From Pseudomonadota bacterium (GTDB taxonomy: Bacteria; Pseudomonadota; Gammaproteobacteria; Methylococcales; Methylococcaceae), in the NCBI GenBank assembly GCA_041158225.1, contig JBEBBU010000165.1, positions 256 to 64,255 of the forward strand: a stretch of 64,000 nt of DNA, read 5' to 3'. Within the stretch, counting starts at the first letter, position 1. Every line of letters begins with the position of its first letter. This document shows, piece after piece, positions 1 through 10,364 of the stretch. The notes below the pieces were generated by a model. It was not told the DNA's origin and made no database searches. It worked only from the letters and a program-made list of their open reading frames with translations. The position numbers and the translations under genes are program-made.

Positions 1-184
1 AACTGGCATTGGTACTCATGGCGGCGATATGGGCGCCGACACCATTGTTGCCATCAAACAGCAGGGAGCCCCAGCCACAACCCGATGCACCCTCGCCGCC
101 GCGTGGGCCAGACTGGGGTGGGGGAGGGGCTGCAAGCGTCACGAGGGGAAATGCCAGCAGAAGGGATGCAGCCAGTATTCTCAT
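1..184 (-). CDS. Secreted DUF3015-like protein, N-terminal fragment (gene runs off the left window edge)
   Basis: A reverse-strand ATG at 184-182 gives MRILAASLLLAFPLVTLAAPPPPQSGPRGGEGASGCGWGSLLFDGNNGVGAHIAAMSTNAS. This is a signal peptide followed by a GCGWGS..LF.G..G motif that I recall from DUF3015 proteins. The frame is open to the window edge and is absent from the ORF track because it has no in-window stop. Confidence 0.45.
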   Translation of the reverse strand, partial: MRILAASLLLAFPLVTLAAPPPPQSGPRGGEGASGCGWGSLLFDGNNGVGAHIAAMSTNAS

Positions 185-228
185 TGCGCGGATCTCCGCC
201 GGGAACGAAGGCTGCATCATAGGGCAGT

Positions 229-1953
229 TTATTTTTTCATACAAGCAAGGCCCTGCTCCTGCAGGAACTGGATGATGCCATGCAGGGCAATTTCCCGGTT
301 TTCCGCTTCACGGCGGGCGCGGTATTCCACATGGCCTGCGTCCATACCGCGCTCACTGATGACCAGGCGGTGGGGAATGCCAATCAGTTCCATGTCGGCG
401 AACATGACGCCGGGCCGGATCTTGCGGTCATCCAGCAGCACCTGACAGCCCATGCCCTGAAGTTCTGCATACAGCTGTTCACAAAACGCCTGAACCCTTT
501 CTGAAGACTGCATGTTGATCGGGCAGATGGCAATATCGAAAGGTGACATGGCTTCAGGCCAGCAGATGCCGCGGTCATCATGATGCTGTTCAATGGCCGC
601 TGCCACGACGCGGGAGACGCCAATGCCGTAACAGCCCATGATCAGGGTCTGCTGTTGGCCCTGTTCGTCCAGTACGCTGGCGCCAAGGCTGGCACTGTAT
701 TTGGTGCCAAGCTGGAAGATGTGTCCGACTTCAATGCCGCGGGCTATCTGCAGTTCCCCCTGACCATCAGGGCTTGGATCACCTGCGGTTACATTACGCA
801 GATCGGCGAGTGTCGGTAGTGGCAGGTCGCGTTCCCAGTTGACGCCACAGCAATGCTGGCCTTCGCTGTTGGCGCCGCAGACAAAGTCGGCCATGACGCC
901 TGCATGCTGATCGGCATACAGTGGAATGCCAAGCCCGATGGGGCCGATAGAGCCTGGCGCACATCCTGCAACCGACTGTACCTCACTGTCGGTCGCCATG
1001 CGCAGTGGGCTGGCTACGCCGGGCAGTCGCTGGGCCTTGATTTCATTGAGTTCGTGGTCACCCCTGAGTAGCAGGCCCACGAAGCTGCCGGGTTCGCTGC
1101 CGGCCACGATGAGTGTTTTCAGGATCTGCGAGGGTGCAATGGCAAGTCCGGTGCTGACCTCGGTGATGCTGCGCTGTCCAGGTGTGGGGACGGTGGTCAG
1201 TGGTTGTCCGGGGGCGGGTCTTGCGATCTGGGGGGCGAGGCTTCGTGCCTGCTCCACATTCGCGGCGTAATCGCTGCCTGTCGAGAATGCGATGCTGTCT
1301 TCGCCAGCGTCTGCCAGCACATGGAACTCGTGCGAGTGACTGCCGCCGATGGAGCCGGTGTCCGCCTCAACTGCACGGAAATGCAGGCCCAGCCGGCTGA
1401 ATACCCGCGAATAGGCCTCGTGCATGGCATCGTAGGTCTGCTGGAGTGAGGCCTGATCCATGTGGAAGGAGTAACCATCTTTCATGGTGAACTCGCGCGC
1501 GCGCATGATGCCGAAGCGGGGGCGGATCTCGTCACGGAACTTGGTCTGGATCTGGAAATAGTTGATGGGAAGCTGGCGATAGCTACGCAGTTCCTGGCGT
1601 GCCAGATCCGTGATGATTTCTTCATGGGTGGGGCCGAGGCAGAATGCGCGCTCATGACGATCCTGCAGCCTTGCCAGTTCCGGACCATAAAACTCCCAGC
1701 GTCCCGACTCCTGCCACAGTTCTGCTGGCTGCACCACAGGCATCAGGACTTCCAGCGCACCAGCGCGTTCCATCTCTTCCCGTACCACGCGTTCAACGCG
1801 CCGCAGCACGCGCAGCCCCAGCGGGAGCCAGGTATAGAGGCCGGAGGCCAGGCGTCTGATCAGGCCAGCACGCAGCATCAGCTGATGACTGATGACCTCT
1901 GCATCGGCTGGAGTTTCCTTGAGGGTGTTCAGGGGGAATCGGGAAGTGCGCAT
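229..1953 (-). CDS. proS: Proline--tRNA ligase
   Basis: From the internal Met, the sequence [46 protein letters not shown] is the canonical bacterial ProRS N-terminus. The length of about 574 aa fits a ProRS with an editing insertion. I moved the start from track position 2004 to the ATG at 1953. Confidence 0.95.
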   Translation of the reverse strand: MRTSRFPLNTLKETPADAEVISHQLMLRAGLIRRLASGLYTWLPLGLRVLRRVERVVREEMERAGALEVLMPVVQPAELWQESGRWEFYGPELARLQDRHERAFCLGPTHEEIITDLARQELRSYRQLPINYFQIQTKFRDEIRPRFGIMRAREFTMKDGYSFHMDQASLQQTYDAMHEAYSRVFSRLGLHFRAVEADTGSIGGSHSHEFHVLADAGEDSIAFSTGSDYAANVEQARSLAPQIARPAPGQPLTTVPTPGQRSITEVSTGLAIAPSQILKTLIVAGSEPGSFVGLLLRGDHELNEIKAQRLPGVASPLRMATDSEVQSVAGCAPGSIGPIGLGIPLYADQHAGVMADFVCGANSEGQHCCGVNWERDLPLPTLADLRNVTAGDPSPDGQGELQIARGIEVGHIFQLGTKYSASLGASVLDEQGQQQTLIMGCYGIGVSRVVAAAIEQHHDDRGICWPEAMSPFDIAICPINMQSSERVQAFCEQLYAELQGMGCQVLLDDRKIRPGVMFADMELIGIPHRLVISERGMDAGHVEYRARREAENREIALHGIIQFLQEQGLACMKK

Positions 1954-2091
1954 GCCTTGTTGTCTTGCCGTGAAGTGGAACCAGGCGGCATTGTAGCCCA
2001 GCACAGGCTGCCAGAGGCAGAGTTTTTATGTATCATGCGGCCAGAGTCCCTGTACTGGGGCATACAGGCTGGACGCAGTCGGGAGGTTGCA

Positions 2092-2511
2092 ATGCCGGAG
2101 TTATTGGTTGGACTGGTTTTTATCTACATCGGTTACCTCGTGCAGCGTCTGGTCAGAACTGCGATCCAGACGGGTAATACGCCGGCACTCGGCGCTGTTG
2201 TTCCTTTGCGGCCCCTGGCTGAGCCGCAGCCGGCTGTGGCTGCAGCAGCACCTGTTGTGGAAAATACGGCACCTGCCGCTGCAAGGAAGCCACGTTCCAG
2301 TCAGGTTCGCCCGCTGAAAAATCCGCTGACAGGTGAAACCTGTGCGCCGCCGGGTAATTACCGTTTTGCAAGAAAGTGGGTCAAGGAAGCCCTGGTGACG
2401 GAGGGGCTGCTTGACCGTATTTATAAAACGTCAGAACTGGATGAAACTGCCAGTCAGCAGGTCAGGCAAGCGCTTGACGCGCTGGGCAGACTTGAGGCCT
2501 ATCAGGGATGA
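2092..2511 (+). CDS. Hypothetical N-terminally membrane-anchored protein
   Basis: Only the last 139 codons of track ORF 1462..2511 lie outside proS. The ATG at 2092 is preceded by GGGAGG at 2081-2086. The protein has a TM helix (MPELLVGLVFIYIGYLVQRLV), a Pro/Ala-rich linker and a C-terminal NPLTGE..NYRFARKWVKEALV domain. I did not recognise a family. Confidence 0.45.
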   Translation: MPELLVGLVFIYIGYLVQRLVRTAIQTGNTPALGAVVPLRPLAEPQPAVAAAAPVVENTAPAAARKPRSSQVRPLKNPLTGETCAPPGNYRFARKWVKEALVTEGLLDRIYKTSELDETASQQVRQALDALGRLEAYQG

Positions 2512-2529
2512 CTTTTACAGGTTGATGGC

Positions 2530-3690
2530 ATGAACTTACATGAATACCAGTCCAAGCAGTGGCTTGGCGAGTATGGCATTCCCGTCCCTCAGGGGCATTA
2601 CTGTGCTAGTCCCGAGGCTGCTGCGGAGGCAGTGGCCGCTATTGCCGCGGACGCCTGGGTGGTCAAGGCGCAGATTCATTCCGGGGCAAGAGGCAAGGCT
2701 GGCGGTGTCAGGGTGGTTCAATCTGCTGCTGAAGCTGCCGGTTGCGCACGCGATCTTATAGGCAGCCGCCTGGTGACCCACCAGACTGGCGCAGAAGGGT
2801 TGCCCGTTGCGGGGGTGCTGGTCGAGGCGGTGCGGCCAATAGCACGTGAGCTCTATCTCAGTCTGGTACTGGATCGTGCCTCGGGCAGGCTGGTATTTGT
2901 CGCTTCAGCTTCGGGCGGTATGGAGATTGAGACACTGGCGCATGATCACCCTGAATGTATCCTGACCACGCTGGTTCATCCTGCTGCAGGCCTGCAACCT
3001 TACCAGTGCCGTCAGATGGCTTTTGGACTGGGTCTTGAGGGGGCTGCTATCCAGCAGCTTGCCACCATCATGCAGGGTATGTACCGCCTGTATCTGGATC
3101 GTGATCTGAGCCAGCTGGAAATCAATCCTCTGGTGCTGTTGCAGGATGGCGGACTGGTGGCACTGGATGCCAAGATCAGTCTGGATGACAACGCCCTTTA
3201 TCTGCACCCTGAGGTACTGGCACTGCGCGATGTCGCTCAGGAGGATGCCCGCGAGGCTGAAGCCCAGAAGCACGGCCTGAATTATGTCAGTCTGGATGGC
3301 ACCATAGGCTGTATGGTCAATGGCGCCGGACTGGCCATGGCTACCATGGATATGGTGCAGCTGCATGGCGGGGCACCAGCCAATTTTCTTGATGTCGGTG
3401 GTGGTGCGACGGCTGCACGCGTGGCTGAGGCATTCAAGCTGATTCTTTCGGATGCCAGGGTCCGTGTGGTGCTGGTCAATATTTTTGGAGGCATTGTGCG
3501 CTGCAGCCTGATTGCGGAAGGCGTTATCGAAGCGGTACGTGAGGTAGGTGTCAGTGTGCCTGTCATCGTGCGTCTGGAAGGTACCGAAGCGGCTGAGGGG
3601 CGGGCACTGCTGGCGGCTTCCGGTCTGGACATTCTTGCCGCCCAGGATCTGGATGAGGCCGCGCGCTGCGCGGTGGAGGCTGCGGCATGA
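2530..3690 (+). CDS. sucC: Succinate--CoA ligase (ADP-forming) beta subunit
   Basis: [10 protein letters not shown]...[17 protein letters not shown]...[11 protein letters not shown]...NIFGGIVRC is nearly collinear with E. coli SucC as I remember it. Confidence 0.95.
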   Translation: MNLHEYQSKQWLGEYGIPVPQGHYCASPEAAAEAVAAIAADAWVVKAQIHSGARGKAGGVRVVQSAAEAAGCARDLIGSRLVTHQTGAEGLPVAGVLVEAVRPIARELYLSLVLDRASGRLVFVASASGGMEIETLAHDHPECILTTLVHPAAGLQPYQCRQMAFGLGLEGAAIQQLATIMQGMYRLYLDRDLSQLEINPLVLLQDGGLVALDAKISLDDNALYLHPEVLALRDVAQEDAREAEAQKHGLNYVSLDGTIGCMVNGAGLAMATMDMVQLHGGAPANFLDVGGGATAARVAEAFKLILSDARVRVVLVNIFGGIVRCSLIAEGVIEAVREVGVSVPVIVRLEGTEAAEGRALLAASGLDILAAQDLDEAARCAVEAAA

Positions 3691-4553
3691 GCATACTGGT
3701 TGATGCCGGAACACGGGTGATCTGTCAGGGATTTACCGGCCGTCAGGCGACATTTCATGCACGTCAGTGCATGGAGTACGGTACCCTGCTGGTGGGTGGA
3801 GTGACGCCAGGCAAAGGTGGTTCAGAGCACCTTGGGCTTCCGGTGTGGAATACGGTGCGTGAAGCTGTCGATCATGGTGTGGTCGATGCCAGCATGATTT
3901 ATGTCCCGCCGCAGGGTGCCGCTGATGCTATCCTGGAAGCGGCAGAAGCGGGTATCAGGCTGATTGTCTGTATTACCGAGGGTATTCCTGTCCTGCACAT
4001 GGTGAAAGTCAGGGCAGCACTGGCCAGCTATGGCGCGCGTCTGATTGGGCCTAACTGTCCCGGTATCATTACCCCAGGGCGCTGCAAGATCGGTATCATG
4101 CCAGGATTCATTCATGAGCGTGGCTCGATCGGTATCGTATCCCGTTCCGGTACGCTGACTTATGAGGCGGTCCACCAGACTACCCGGGTCGGGCTTGGGC
4201 AGAGTACCTGTGTCGGCATTGGCGGTGATCCGGTGAAAGGTATGGATTTTGTGGATGTGCTGGCCATGTTCGAGGCGGATGTCCAGACTCAGGGTGTCAT
4301 CATGGTCGGCGAAATTGGCGGGCAGGCTGAAGAGGATGCTGCCGATTTCATCCGTACCCGTATGAGCAAGCCGGTCGTAGGTTACATTTCAGGGCTGACG
4401 GCGCCTCCTGGCAAGCGTATGGGGCATGCCGGGGCCATCATTACCGGTGGCAAAGGCTCAGGGCAGGGCAAGGTTGCGGCCCTGAAGGCGGCAGGTGTTG
4501 ATGTGGTGGCCTCCCTGTCGGATCTTGGACAGCGCATGCTGCAGAGTCTCTGA
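3687..4553 (+). CDS. sucD: Succinate--CoA ligase alpha subunit
   Basis: The ORF has a 4-nt overlap with sucC. It carries [16 protein letters not shown] and the phosphohistidine loop GHAGAII. Confidence 0.95.
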   Translation: MSILVDAGTRVICQGFTGRQATFHARQCMEYGTLLVGGVTPGKGGSEHLGLPVWNTVREAVDHGVVDASMIYVPPQGAADAILEAAEAGIRLIVCITEGIPVLHMVKVRAALASYGARLIGPNCPGIITPGRCKIGIMPGFIHERGSIGIVSRSGTLTYEAVHQTTRVGLGQSTCVGIGGDPVKGMDFVDVLAMFEADVQTQGVIMVGEIGGQAEEDAADFIRTRMSKPVVGYISGLTAPPGKRMGHAGAIITGGKGSGQGKVAALKAAGVDVVASLSDLGQRMLQSL

Positions 4554-6205
4554 TGTCACTGCGTCTGGCGCTGGCCCAGATCAATGTCACGGTAGGGGAT
4601 GTCAGCGGCAGTGGACGCCGTATCGTCGCGGCAGCACTGGAAGCGCGTGACAGGGGCGCCGACGCCATCCTGTTTCCTGAACTGGTGATCAGCGGCTACC
4701 CGCCTGAGGATCTGGTACTGAGGCAGGATTTTCTTGAAGCCTGCAGGCTTGAAGTGGCGGCGGTGGCCGCTGAAGTGCAGGGCATCACCCTGATCCTTGG
4801 ATTTCCTGAGGCCGTTGCGGGCGCGCGACCTGCCAACAGCGCGGCAGTCTGGCGCGATGGCGTCTGTCTGGCGCATTACCGCAAACAGTCGCTGCCCAAT
4901 TACGGCGTTTTTGACGAGGCACGTCATTTTTCTCCGGGCCAGGATGCTGCCGTCTTTACCCTGAACGGCATGGTGACGGGATTGACCATCTGTGAGGATA
5001 TCTGGGTCGATGGTCCGGTTGAACAGGCGGTGGCGGCAGGCGCAAGGCTTATCCTCAATCTGAATGCATCGCCCTGGCATCAGGGCAAACAGGCTGAGCG
5101 TGTTGCGGTGGCCGCACAGCGCTGCCGCCATGGTGGCGTTCCCATGGTCTATGTCAATCTGGTGGGCGGTCAGGATGAGCTGGTCTTTGATGGACATTCC
5201 TTCGTGGTGAGTGCCGATGGCGATTGTCCATGGCGTGCGCCGGGTTTCACTGAAGGCATCTACTATGTGGACATTGATAGCGATGCCGATGGCAGGGTGC
5301 AGATAGTAGCCACGCCAGACGAATCTGCCGTTGTTGGTGACCAGGGCGAGGATGTGCTGCTGGGGGAAATCTACGCAGCGCTGGTACTGGGGATTCGTGA
5401 TTATGTCCGCAAGAATGGTTTCGAAGGTGCAGTGATTGGCCTTTCCGGCGGCATAGATTCAGCGCTGACACTGGCGCTGGCTGCCGATGCACTGGGGCCG
5501 GAGCAGGTGGTGGCGGTGCTTATGCCCTCGCGCTATACCCAGCCCATGAGCATTGAGGATGCGATATCAGAGGCCGATGCACTCGGCTGTCGCTGGTACC
5601 AGCTGCCGATAGAAGCGCCTTTCCAGGCTTTCACTGATCTGTTGGCGCAGCCACTGGCCGGATGGCCTGAGGATCTGACGGAAGAAAACCTGCAGGCCCG
5701 CTGTCGCGGGGTATTGCTGATGGCGATTGCCAACAAGCAGAAACGCATGCTGCTGACGACCGGCAACAAGAGTGAGATGAGTGTTGGCTATGCCACCCTG
5801 TATGGTGATATGGCTGGTGCGCTGGCGCCGCTGAAGGATGTGTTCAAACTTCTGGTATACCGTCTTGCTGCCTGGCGTAACCGGCAGTCTCCCGTGATTC
5901 CCTTGCGGGTGATGGAACGCCCACCCTCTGCAGAATTGCGCCCTGACCAGCGTGATGATGACAGTCTGCCGCCCTATCCGGTACTGGATGCCATTCTTGC
6001 GGCCTATGTTGAAGCGGATGAGAGCGTTGCTGACATGATGGCGCGTGGCCTGCCTGCGGCAGACATACAGCGCGTGGTGCAACTGGTGGATCGGAGTGAG
6101 TTCAAGCGCCGCCAGTCACCGCCGGGCATACGCATTACCCGCAGGGCGCTGGGGCGTGAGCGGCGCTATCCGATGACCAATGGGTTCAGGCCGGGAGACT
6201 GGTGA
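4553..6205 (+). CDS. nadE: Glutamine-dependent NAD+ synthetase
   Basis: An N-terminal CN-hydrolase (nitrilase-like) domain is followed by a C-terminal NAD synthetase domain with the PP-loop GLSGGIDSALT. The start shares one nucleotide with the sucD stop (TGATG). Confidence 0.9.
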   Translation: MSLRLALAQINVTVGDVSGSGRRIVAAALEARDRGADAILFPELVISGYPPEDLVLRQDFLEACRLEVAAVAAEVQGITLILGFPEAVAGARPANSAAVWRDGVCLAHYRKQSLPNYGVFDEARHFSPGQDAAVFTLNGMVTGLTICEDIWVDGPVEQAVAAGARLILNLNASPWHQGKQAERVAVAAQRCRHGGVPMVYVNLVGGQDELVFDGHSFVVSADGDCPWRAPGFTEGIYYVDIDSDADGRVQIVATPDESAVVGDQGEDVLLGEIYAALVLGIRDYVRKNGFEGAVIGLSGGIDSALTLALAADALGPEQVVAVLMPSRYTQPMSIEDAISEADALGCRWYQLPIEAPFQAFTDLLAQPLAGWPEDLTEENLQARCRGVLLMAIANKQKRMLLTTGNKSEMSVGYATLYGDMAGALAPLKDVFKLLVYRLAAWRNRQSPVIPLRVMERPPSAELRPDQRDDDSLPPYPVLDAILAAYVEADESVADMMARGLPAADIQRVVQLVDRSEFKRRQSPPGIRITRRALGRERRYPMTNGFRPGDW

Positions 6206-7134
6206 TGGATGAGATTCCAGCAGCTACCGATGTCATCTGCATCGGTCATGCTTCCTACGATATGGTGTACAGTCTGGATGCCCTGCCTGATGACGGCGAA
6301 AAAGCCCAGGCTGACGGGCTGATCATGTGTGGCGGCGGTCCCGCGGCCAATGCAGCTGTCGCCATTGCACGGCTGGGGAGTCGTGCGGCCTTCTGCGGTT
6401 ATATCGGCAATGACATGCCGGGCAGGGTGCAGTTGCAGGAGCTGGCGCGGGCCGGTGTAAATACCGATATGGTCGTGCGTGGTGATGCGGCTACTCCGGT
6501 ATCGTGTGTCTGGGTGACGCCGGATGGCCAGCGTACTCTGGTCAATTACAAGGGCGATACCCGTGCGCTTGAGCGCAGTGCCTTCAGGCCACTGTATCAG
6601 CGCCCCCGTGTGCTGCTGGCGGATGGACACGAGCCTGAACTGGCGCTCGCTGCCCTGGATTGGGTCAGGCAGGAAGCCGGCAGCCACTGTGGTGTGGTGC
6701 TGGATGCGGGATCCCTGCATGCGGGTACCCAGTCACTGATGTATCGCGTGGATCATCTGGTGGCCTCGGAAAAGTTTGCACGGCAGTTTCTGGGGCGTGA
6801 CGATCCGGAAGCGGCACTGGCTGCATGGTGTACCCGTGTGCCAGTGGCTGTGGTGACGCTGGGGGAACGGGGGCTGGTCTGGCGTTGCGGCGCCGAGAGC
6901 GGACGGCTGCCTGCTTTCACTGTAGATGCAGTAGTGGATACAACTGGTGCAGGCGATGCTTTTCATGGCGCCTATGCTGCAGGGCTTGCGGCTGCCATGC
7001 CCTGGCAGGATCTGCTGGCTTTTGCCAGTGCGGCTGGCAGCTGGTGCTGCACCCGCATGGGTGCGCGGCCAGGTATGCCACGCCGGCAGGATCTTGCCCG
7101 CTTTATGGCCGGGCAGCCAGACAGTAGCGGCTAG
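6202..7134 (+). CDS. PfkB/ribokinase-family sugar kinase, substrate unknown
   Basis: The ORF has the C-terminal PfkB signature DTTGAGDAFHGAYA and an N-terminal GGGPAANAAVA motif. It overlaps the nadE stop by 4 nt. Confidence 0.8.
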   Translation: MMDEIPAATDVICIGHASYDMVYSLDALPDDGEKAQADGLIMCGGGPAANAAVAIARLGSRAAFCGYIGNDMPGRVQLQELARAGVNTDMVVRGDAATPVSCVWVTPDGQRTLVNYKGDTRALERSAFRPLYQRPRVLLADGHEPELALAALDWVRQEAGSHCGVVLDAGSLHAGTQSLMYRVDHLVASEKFARQFLGRDDPEAALAAWCTRVPVAVVTLGERGLVWRCGAESGRLPAFTVDAVVDTTGAGDAFHGAYAAGLAAAMPWQDLLAFASAAGSWCCTRMGARPGMPRRQDLARFMAGQPDSSG

Positions 7135-8000
7135 CGGTCGAAGCCGACGAAATCCCAGACTTCTTCAATGACGGTGCGCTGATACTGGTCGTCCATATTG
7201 AGCCGGCCTTCGGCGAAGTTGATGTCATGGACGCGTTTCACATCATCAGCCATCCGGTTCAGTTCCAGTTTGCGGTAAGCCTCTTCCATGATCTGCAGGG
7301 CTGCGGGTACGGCCTGGGTACGCTCGTGGTGCTCAATGACTTCGGCGCAGCGTCGCGCAGCAGCCAGATAGGCGCCGCGTTTCATATAGAGTCTGGCCAC
7401 ATGAATTTCATACATGGCGATATTGTTACGCAGGGCGATGATGCGCTGGCGTGCGTCTTCGGCATATTTGCTGTTGGGGAAACGGCTGACCAGTTCCTTG
7501 AAGTCGCGCAGTGCATCGCGGGCGGGCCCGGGGTCGCGCTGTGATGAGTCGGTGGGCAGCCAGCGGTCCACAAAACCGATGCCGCGATCGTAGTTGATCA
7601 GTCCGCGCAGGTAATGGGCGTAGTCAGCGTGGGGGTGGGTGGGATTGAGCTTGATGAAGCGTTCCACCGCAGCCAGTGCTGATTCCGGCTCATTATTCTT
7701 GTAGTAGGCGTAGGCAATGTCCATCTGCGCCTGGGTGGCGTAGATGCCAAAAGGATAGCGCGCTTCCAGCCGTTCATAGAGCTTGATCGCCTTTTCATAG
7801 TAGCCGGATTTCAGCTTTTCCTTGGCTTCATTGTAGAACTGGGCAGCGGTCCAGTCTGCGTGTTCCTCATCTTCTCCACGTATGGCGCTGGAGGTTCCTG
7901 TGGCTTCGTCCGAGAAGATGGAGGAAATCGTGCTGCAGGCACTCAGCGTCAGCAGCAGGAAGAGGCTGAATACTGGGAAAAAAGGACGGAAACTCGGCAT
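7131..8000 (-). CDS. bamD: Outer membrane protein assembly factor BamD
   Basis: A lipoprotein signal with lipobox (MPSFRPFFPVFSLFLLLTLSAC) is followed by TPR-like repeats (AQFYNEAKEKLKSGYYEKAIKLYERLEARYP). The gene is divergent from rluD, as is typical. I set the start at the ATG at 8000. Confidence 0.85.
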   Translation of the reverse strand: MPSFRPFFPVFSLFLLLTLSACSTISSIFSDEATGTSSAIRGEDEEHADWTAAQFYNEAKEKLKSGYYEKAIKLYERLEARYPFGIYATQAQMDIAYAYYKNNEPESALAAVERFIKLNPTHPHADYAHYLRGLINYDRGIGFVDRWLPTDSSQRDPGPARDALRDFKELVSRFPNSKYAEDARQRIIALRNNIAMYEIHVARLYMKRGAYLAAARRCAEVIEHHERTQAVPAALQIMEEAYRKLELNRMADDVKRVHDINFAEGRLNMDDQYQRTVIEEVWDFVGFDR

Positions 8001-8069
8001 GATGCTTGTAAATGCCCTGAAAACGGTACAATGATGCATTGTAACCCAGTCATAGCCGATTGCCGCACC

Positions 8070-9020
8070 ATGAACCATGAAACTTCTCTCACTGCCGATG
8101 TTCCCTATGCCATGGCTGGCCTGCGTCTTGATCAGGTTCTGTCGCAGCTGTTTCCGGATTATTCACGCAGCCGGTTGCAGCAGTGGATACGGGCAGGGCA
8201 GGTGGATGTGGATGGTCGCGTGCCGGCGGTCAGGGAAAAAATGGCAGGTGGTGAGCATATAAGGCTACGGGCGGAGGCGATGCCTGTCGTTGACCTCAAA
8301 CCGGAAGCCATGGCGCTGGACTGTGTTTACGCTGATGCAAGCCTGCTGGTCATCAACAAGCCGGCGGGACTGGTGGTGCATCCTGCGGCGGGTCATGCGG
8401 ATGGTACGCTGCAGAATGCCCTGCTGTATCTGGATCCTGCCCTGGAGTCGGTACCGCGCTGCGGTATCGTACACCGTCTGGACAAGGATACGACAGGTCT
8501 GATGGTGGTGGCGCGCAATCTCAGGGCACACCACAGTCTGGTGGCGCAACTGCAGGCGCGTAGCGTGAAACGTGAATACCTCGCGCTGGTGCATGGCTCA
8601 CTGACCGCGGGCGGTACTATTGATGAGCCACTGGGCCGGCATCCGGCTGATCGCAAGCGCTTTGCCGTGCGTCCTGATGGCCGTGAGGCCATTACCCATT
8701 ACCGTATTGAGCAGCGGCTGCCAGGGCATACCCTGCTTAGGGTCAGGCTGGAAACCGGTCGTACCCACCAGATCCGTGTGCACTTTTCCCATTGTCACCA
8801 TCCGCTGGTAGGCGATCCGGTCTATGGGGGGCGGGCCCGCCTGTCGCCCGGTCTGGATGCTGTGCAGGTAGCGGCCGTGAGGGATTTCAGGCGGCAGGCG
8901 CTGCATGCCGAACGTCTGGGGCTGATCCATCCGCAAACCGGGGAGCCCTGCCTGTGGGAGCGACCCATGCCGGATGATTTTCGTGATCTGCTGGCGGTCA
9001 TCGGGGGAACGCATGCTTGA
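8070..9020 (+). CDS. rluD: 23S rRNA pseudouridine synthase RluD
   Basis: The protein has an S4 domain (LRLDQVLSQLFPDYSRSRLQQWI) and the catalytic HRLDKDTTGLMVVA motif. I set the start at the ATG at 8070 (MNHETS). Confidence 0.9.
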   Translation: MNHETSLTADVPYAMAGLRLDQVLSQLFPDYSRSRLQQWIRAGQVDVDGRVPAVREKMAGGEHIRLRAEAMPVVDLKPEAMALDCVYADASLLVINKPAGLVVHPAAGHADGTLQNALLYLDPALESVPRCGIVHRLDKDTTGLMVVARNLRAHHSLVAQLQARSVKREYLALVHGSLTAGGTIDEPLGRHPADRKRFAVRPDGREAITHYRIEQRLPGHTLLRVRLETGRTHQIRVHFSHCHHPLVGDPVYGGRARLSPGLDAVQVAAVRDFRRQALHAERLGLIHPQTGEPCLWERPMPDDFRDLLAVIGGTHA

Positions 9021-9750
9021 GTATCTTGAGCCTGACTGGCCAGCGCCTCCGGGGGTACATGCGATTTCAAGCTGCCGCGGCAATACTGGCAGTTCCGGAC
9101 CCTATCGTGGGCTCAATCTTGCCCAGCATGTTGGTGATGATCCAGAGCAGGTGGAAAGGAACCGTGATCTGCTGTACCGGGAAGCAGGGCTGCCTGCAAA
9201 ACCGTGCTGGCTGCAGCAGGTACACGGGCATCGGGTGGTCGTGGCCAGCATGCCGGATGTTCATGATCAGCCTCAGGAGGCGGATGCTGTCGAGACCGAC
9301 AGACCTGGCCTGGTATGTGCGGTGATGACGGCTGACTGTCTGCCGGTGCTGTTTGCTTCCATGGATGGCCGCTGGGTGGCAGCAGCGCATGCGGGCTGGC
9401 GTGGGCTTGCGTCCGGAGTTCTCAGGGCAACGCTCGCCCGGGCGCCGGCGGATAGCGAGGTCATGGTCTGGCTTGGGCCGGCGATTGGTCCGGATGCTTT
9501 TGAGGTTGGGGATGAGGTACGCCAGATATTTGCTGGCCTTCATCCGGCAGCGGCACAGGCCTTTCGTGCCGGGCGTTCCGGTCGCTGGTGGGCTGATATC
9601 GGACAGCTGGCGCGCCTGCAACTGCTGGAGGCTGGTGTCAGCAGGATTTATGGTGGGCGATATTGTACCTGGACCGATGCCCGCCGCTTTTATTCCTATC
9701 GGCGTGATGGCGTCACCGGGCGCATGGCCAGCCTGATATGGCGCAACTGA
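9013..9750 (+). CDS. pgeF: YfiH/PgeF family purine nucleoside phosphorylase / laccase-domain protein
   Basis: The ORF contains the motifs ADCLPVLF and AAHAGWRG. It shows the conserved bamD/rluD/yfiH synteny and overlaps rluD by 8 nt. Confidence 0.85.
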   Translation: MLEYLEPDWPAPPGVHAISSCRGNTGSSGPYRGLNLAQHVGDDPEQVERNRDLLYREAGLPAKPCWLQQVHGHRVVVASMPDVHDQPQEADAVETDRPGLVCAVMTADCLPVLFASMDGRWVAAAHAGWRGLASGVLRATLARAPADSEVMVWLGPAIGPDAFEVGDEVRQIFAGLHPAAAQAFRAGRSGRWWADIGQLARLQLLEAGVSRIYGGRYCTWTDARRFYSYRRDGVTGRMASLIWRN

Positions 9751-10364
9751 TGCCGATAACGCTGCATCATCTTAGGGGCTGGTCTCTGCTTCTGGCGATG
9801 CTGCCTGCAGTGGTGGACGCCCGCGTGATTGGTACGCACATCTATAATCGCCACAAGGCAGAAAACCGCGTCTACGAGCAGGATGCCATGGATGGTGGCA
9901 GCGCTGAGCCATTGCTGGTGCCCAAAAAGAAAATGCCAGAAATTGATGAGGATGCCAGCTATGATGAAAGGGCATCCCAGTTAAGACGCTGGCTGAATGA
10001 ACGTGCCGTGCAGCGCAATCCGCAGCACGCTGAACGGCACGCTGAAGGACTGGCAGGCGAGAAGGTGGATGTGCCCTATGTGGGTCACGGCCATCATCAT
10101 GCCGCCCATCAGCAGGGTGCCCATCATGGCTACGGCCATCATCAGACCCAGGCGCTTCATCTGCACACCAGAGGCGGGCATGCTGCCGCGCCAGTCAGCC
10201 GGGAGGCCAGTGATCTGAAGCATCATGCGGATGCTGGGAAGAAAAGACCTGATGTGGGCGCGGAGGCAGGCGCGAGCCGCATAAAACCAGTCAAGGCTTT
10301 CAGTCAGCCGGCCCGCTCAGGCGCCGGCGCCCGCCATTCCCGCACGCTCAGAAATAGTGGTTGA
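9738..10364 (+). CDS. Hypothetical His-rich secreted protein
   Basis: A signal-like N-terminus (LLLAMLPAVVDA) is followed by a His-rich block, GHGHHHAAHQQGAHHGYGHHQTQALHLH. An alternative ATG at 9750 overlaps the pgeF stop (TGATG). The sequence is low-complexity, so whether it is coding is uncertain. Confidence 0.4.
   Translation: MAQLMPITLHHLRGWSLLLAMLPAVVDARVIGTHIYNRHKAENRVYEQDAMDGGSAEPLLVPKKKMPEIDEDASYDERASQLRRWLNERAVQRNPQHAERHAEGLAGEKVDVPYVGHGHHHAAHQQGAHHGYGHHQTQALHLHTRGGHAAAPVSREASDLKHHADAGKKRPDVGAEAGASRIKPVKAFSQPARSGAGARHSRTLRNSG

Noticed and set aside
1462-2091. The 5' two-thirds of the 349-aa plus-strand ORF 1462..2511
   Set aside because: This part lies entirely antisense to the well-supported proS gene and has no recognisable motifs. 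Only the part downstream of the ATG at 2092, which is outside proS and has a GGGAGG site, was kept.
2905-3758. Long reverse-strand ORFs (269 aa and 158 aa) across sucC/sucD
   Set aside because: They are antisense to strongly conserved sucCD. Their Arg/Ser/Ala/Pro-rich composition is typical of spurious open frames in GC-rich DNA.
2530-4553. Whether sucCD could instead be malate thiokinase (mtkAB) of a serine cycle
   Set aside because: The beta subunit is nearly collinear with E. coli SucC as I recall it, and the window carries RuMP genes rather than serine-cycle genes.
4556-6720. Reverse-strand ORFs of 213, 171 and 184 aa over nadE and pfkB
   Set aside because: They are antisense to genes with clear family motifs, and they have no motifs or ribosome-binding sites of their own.
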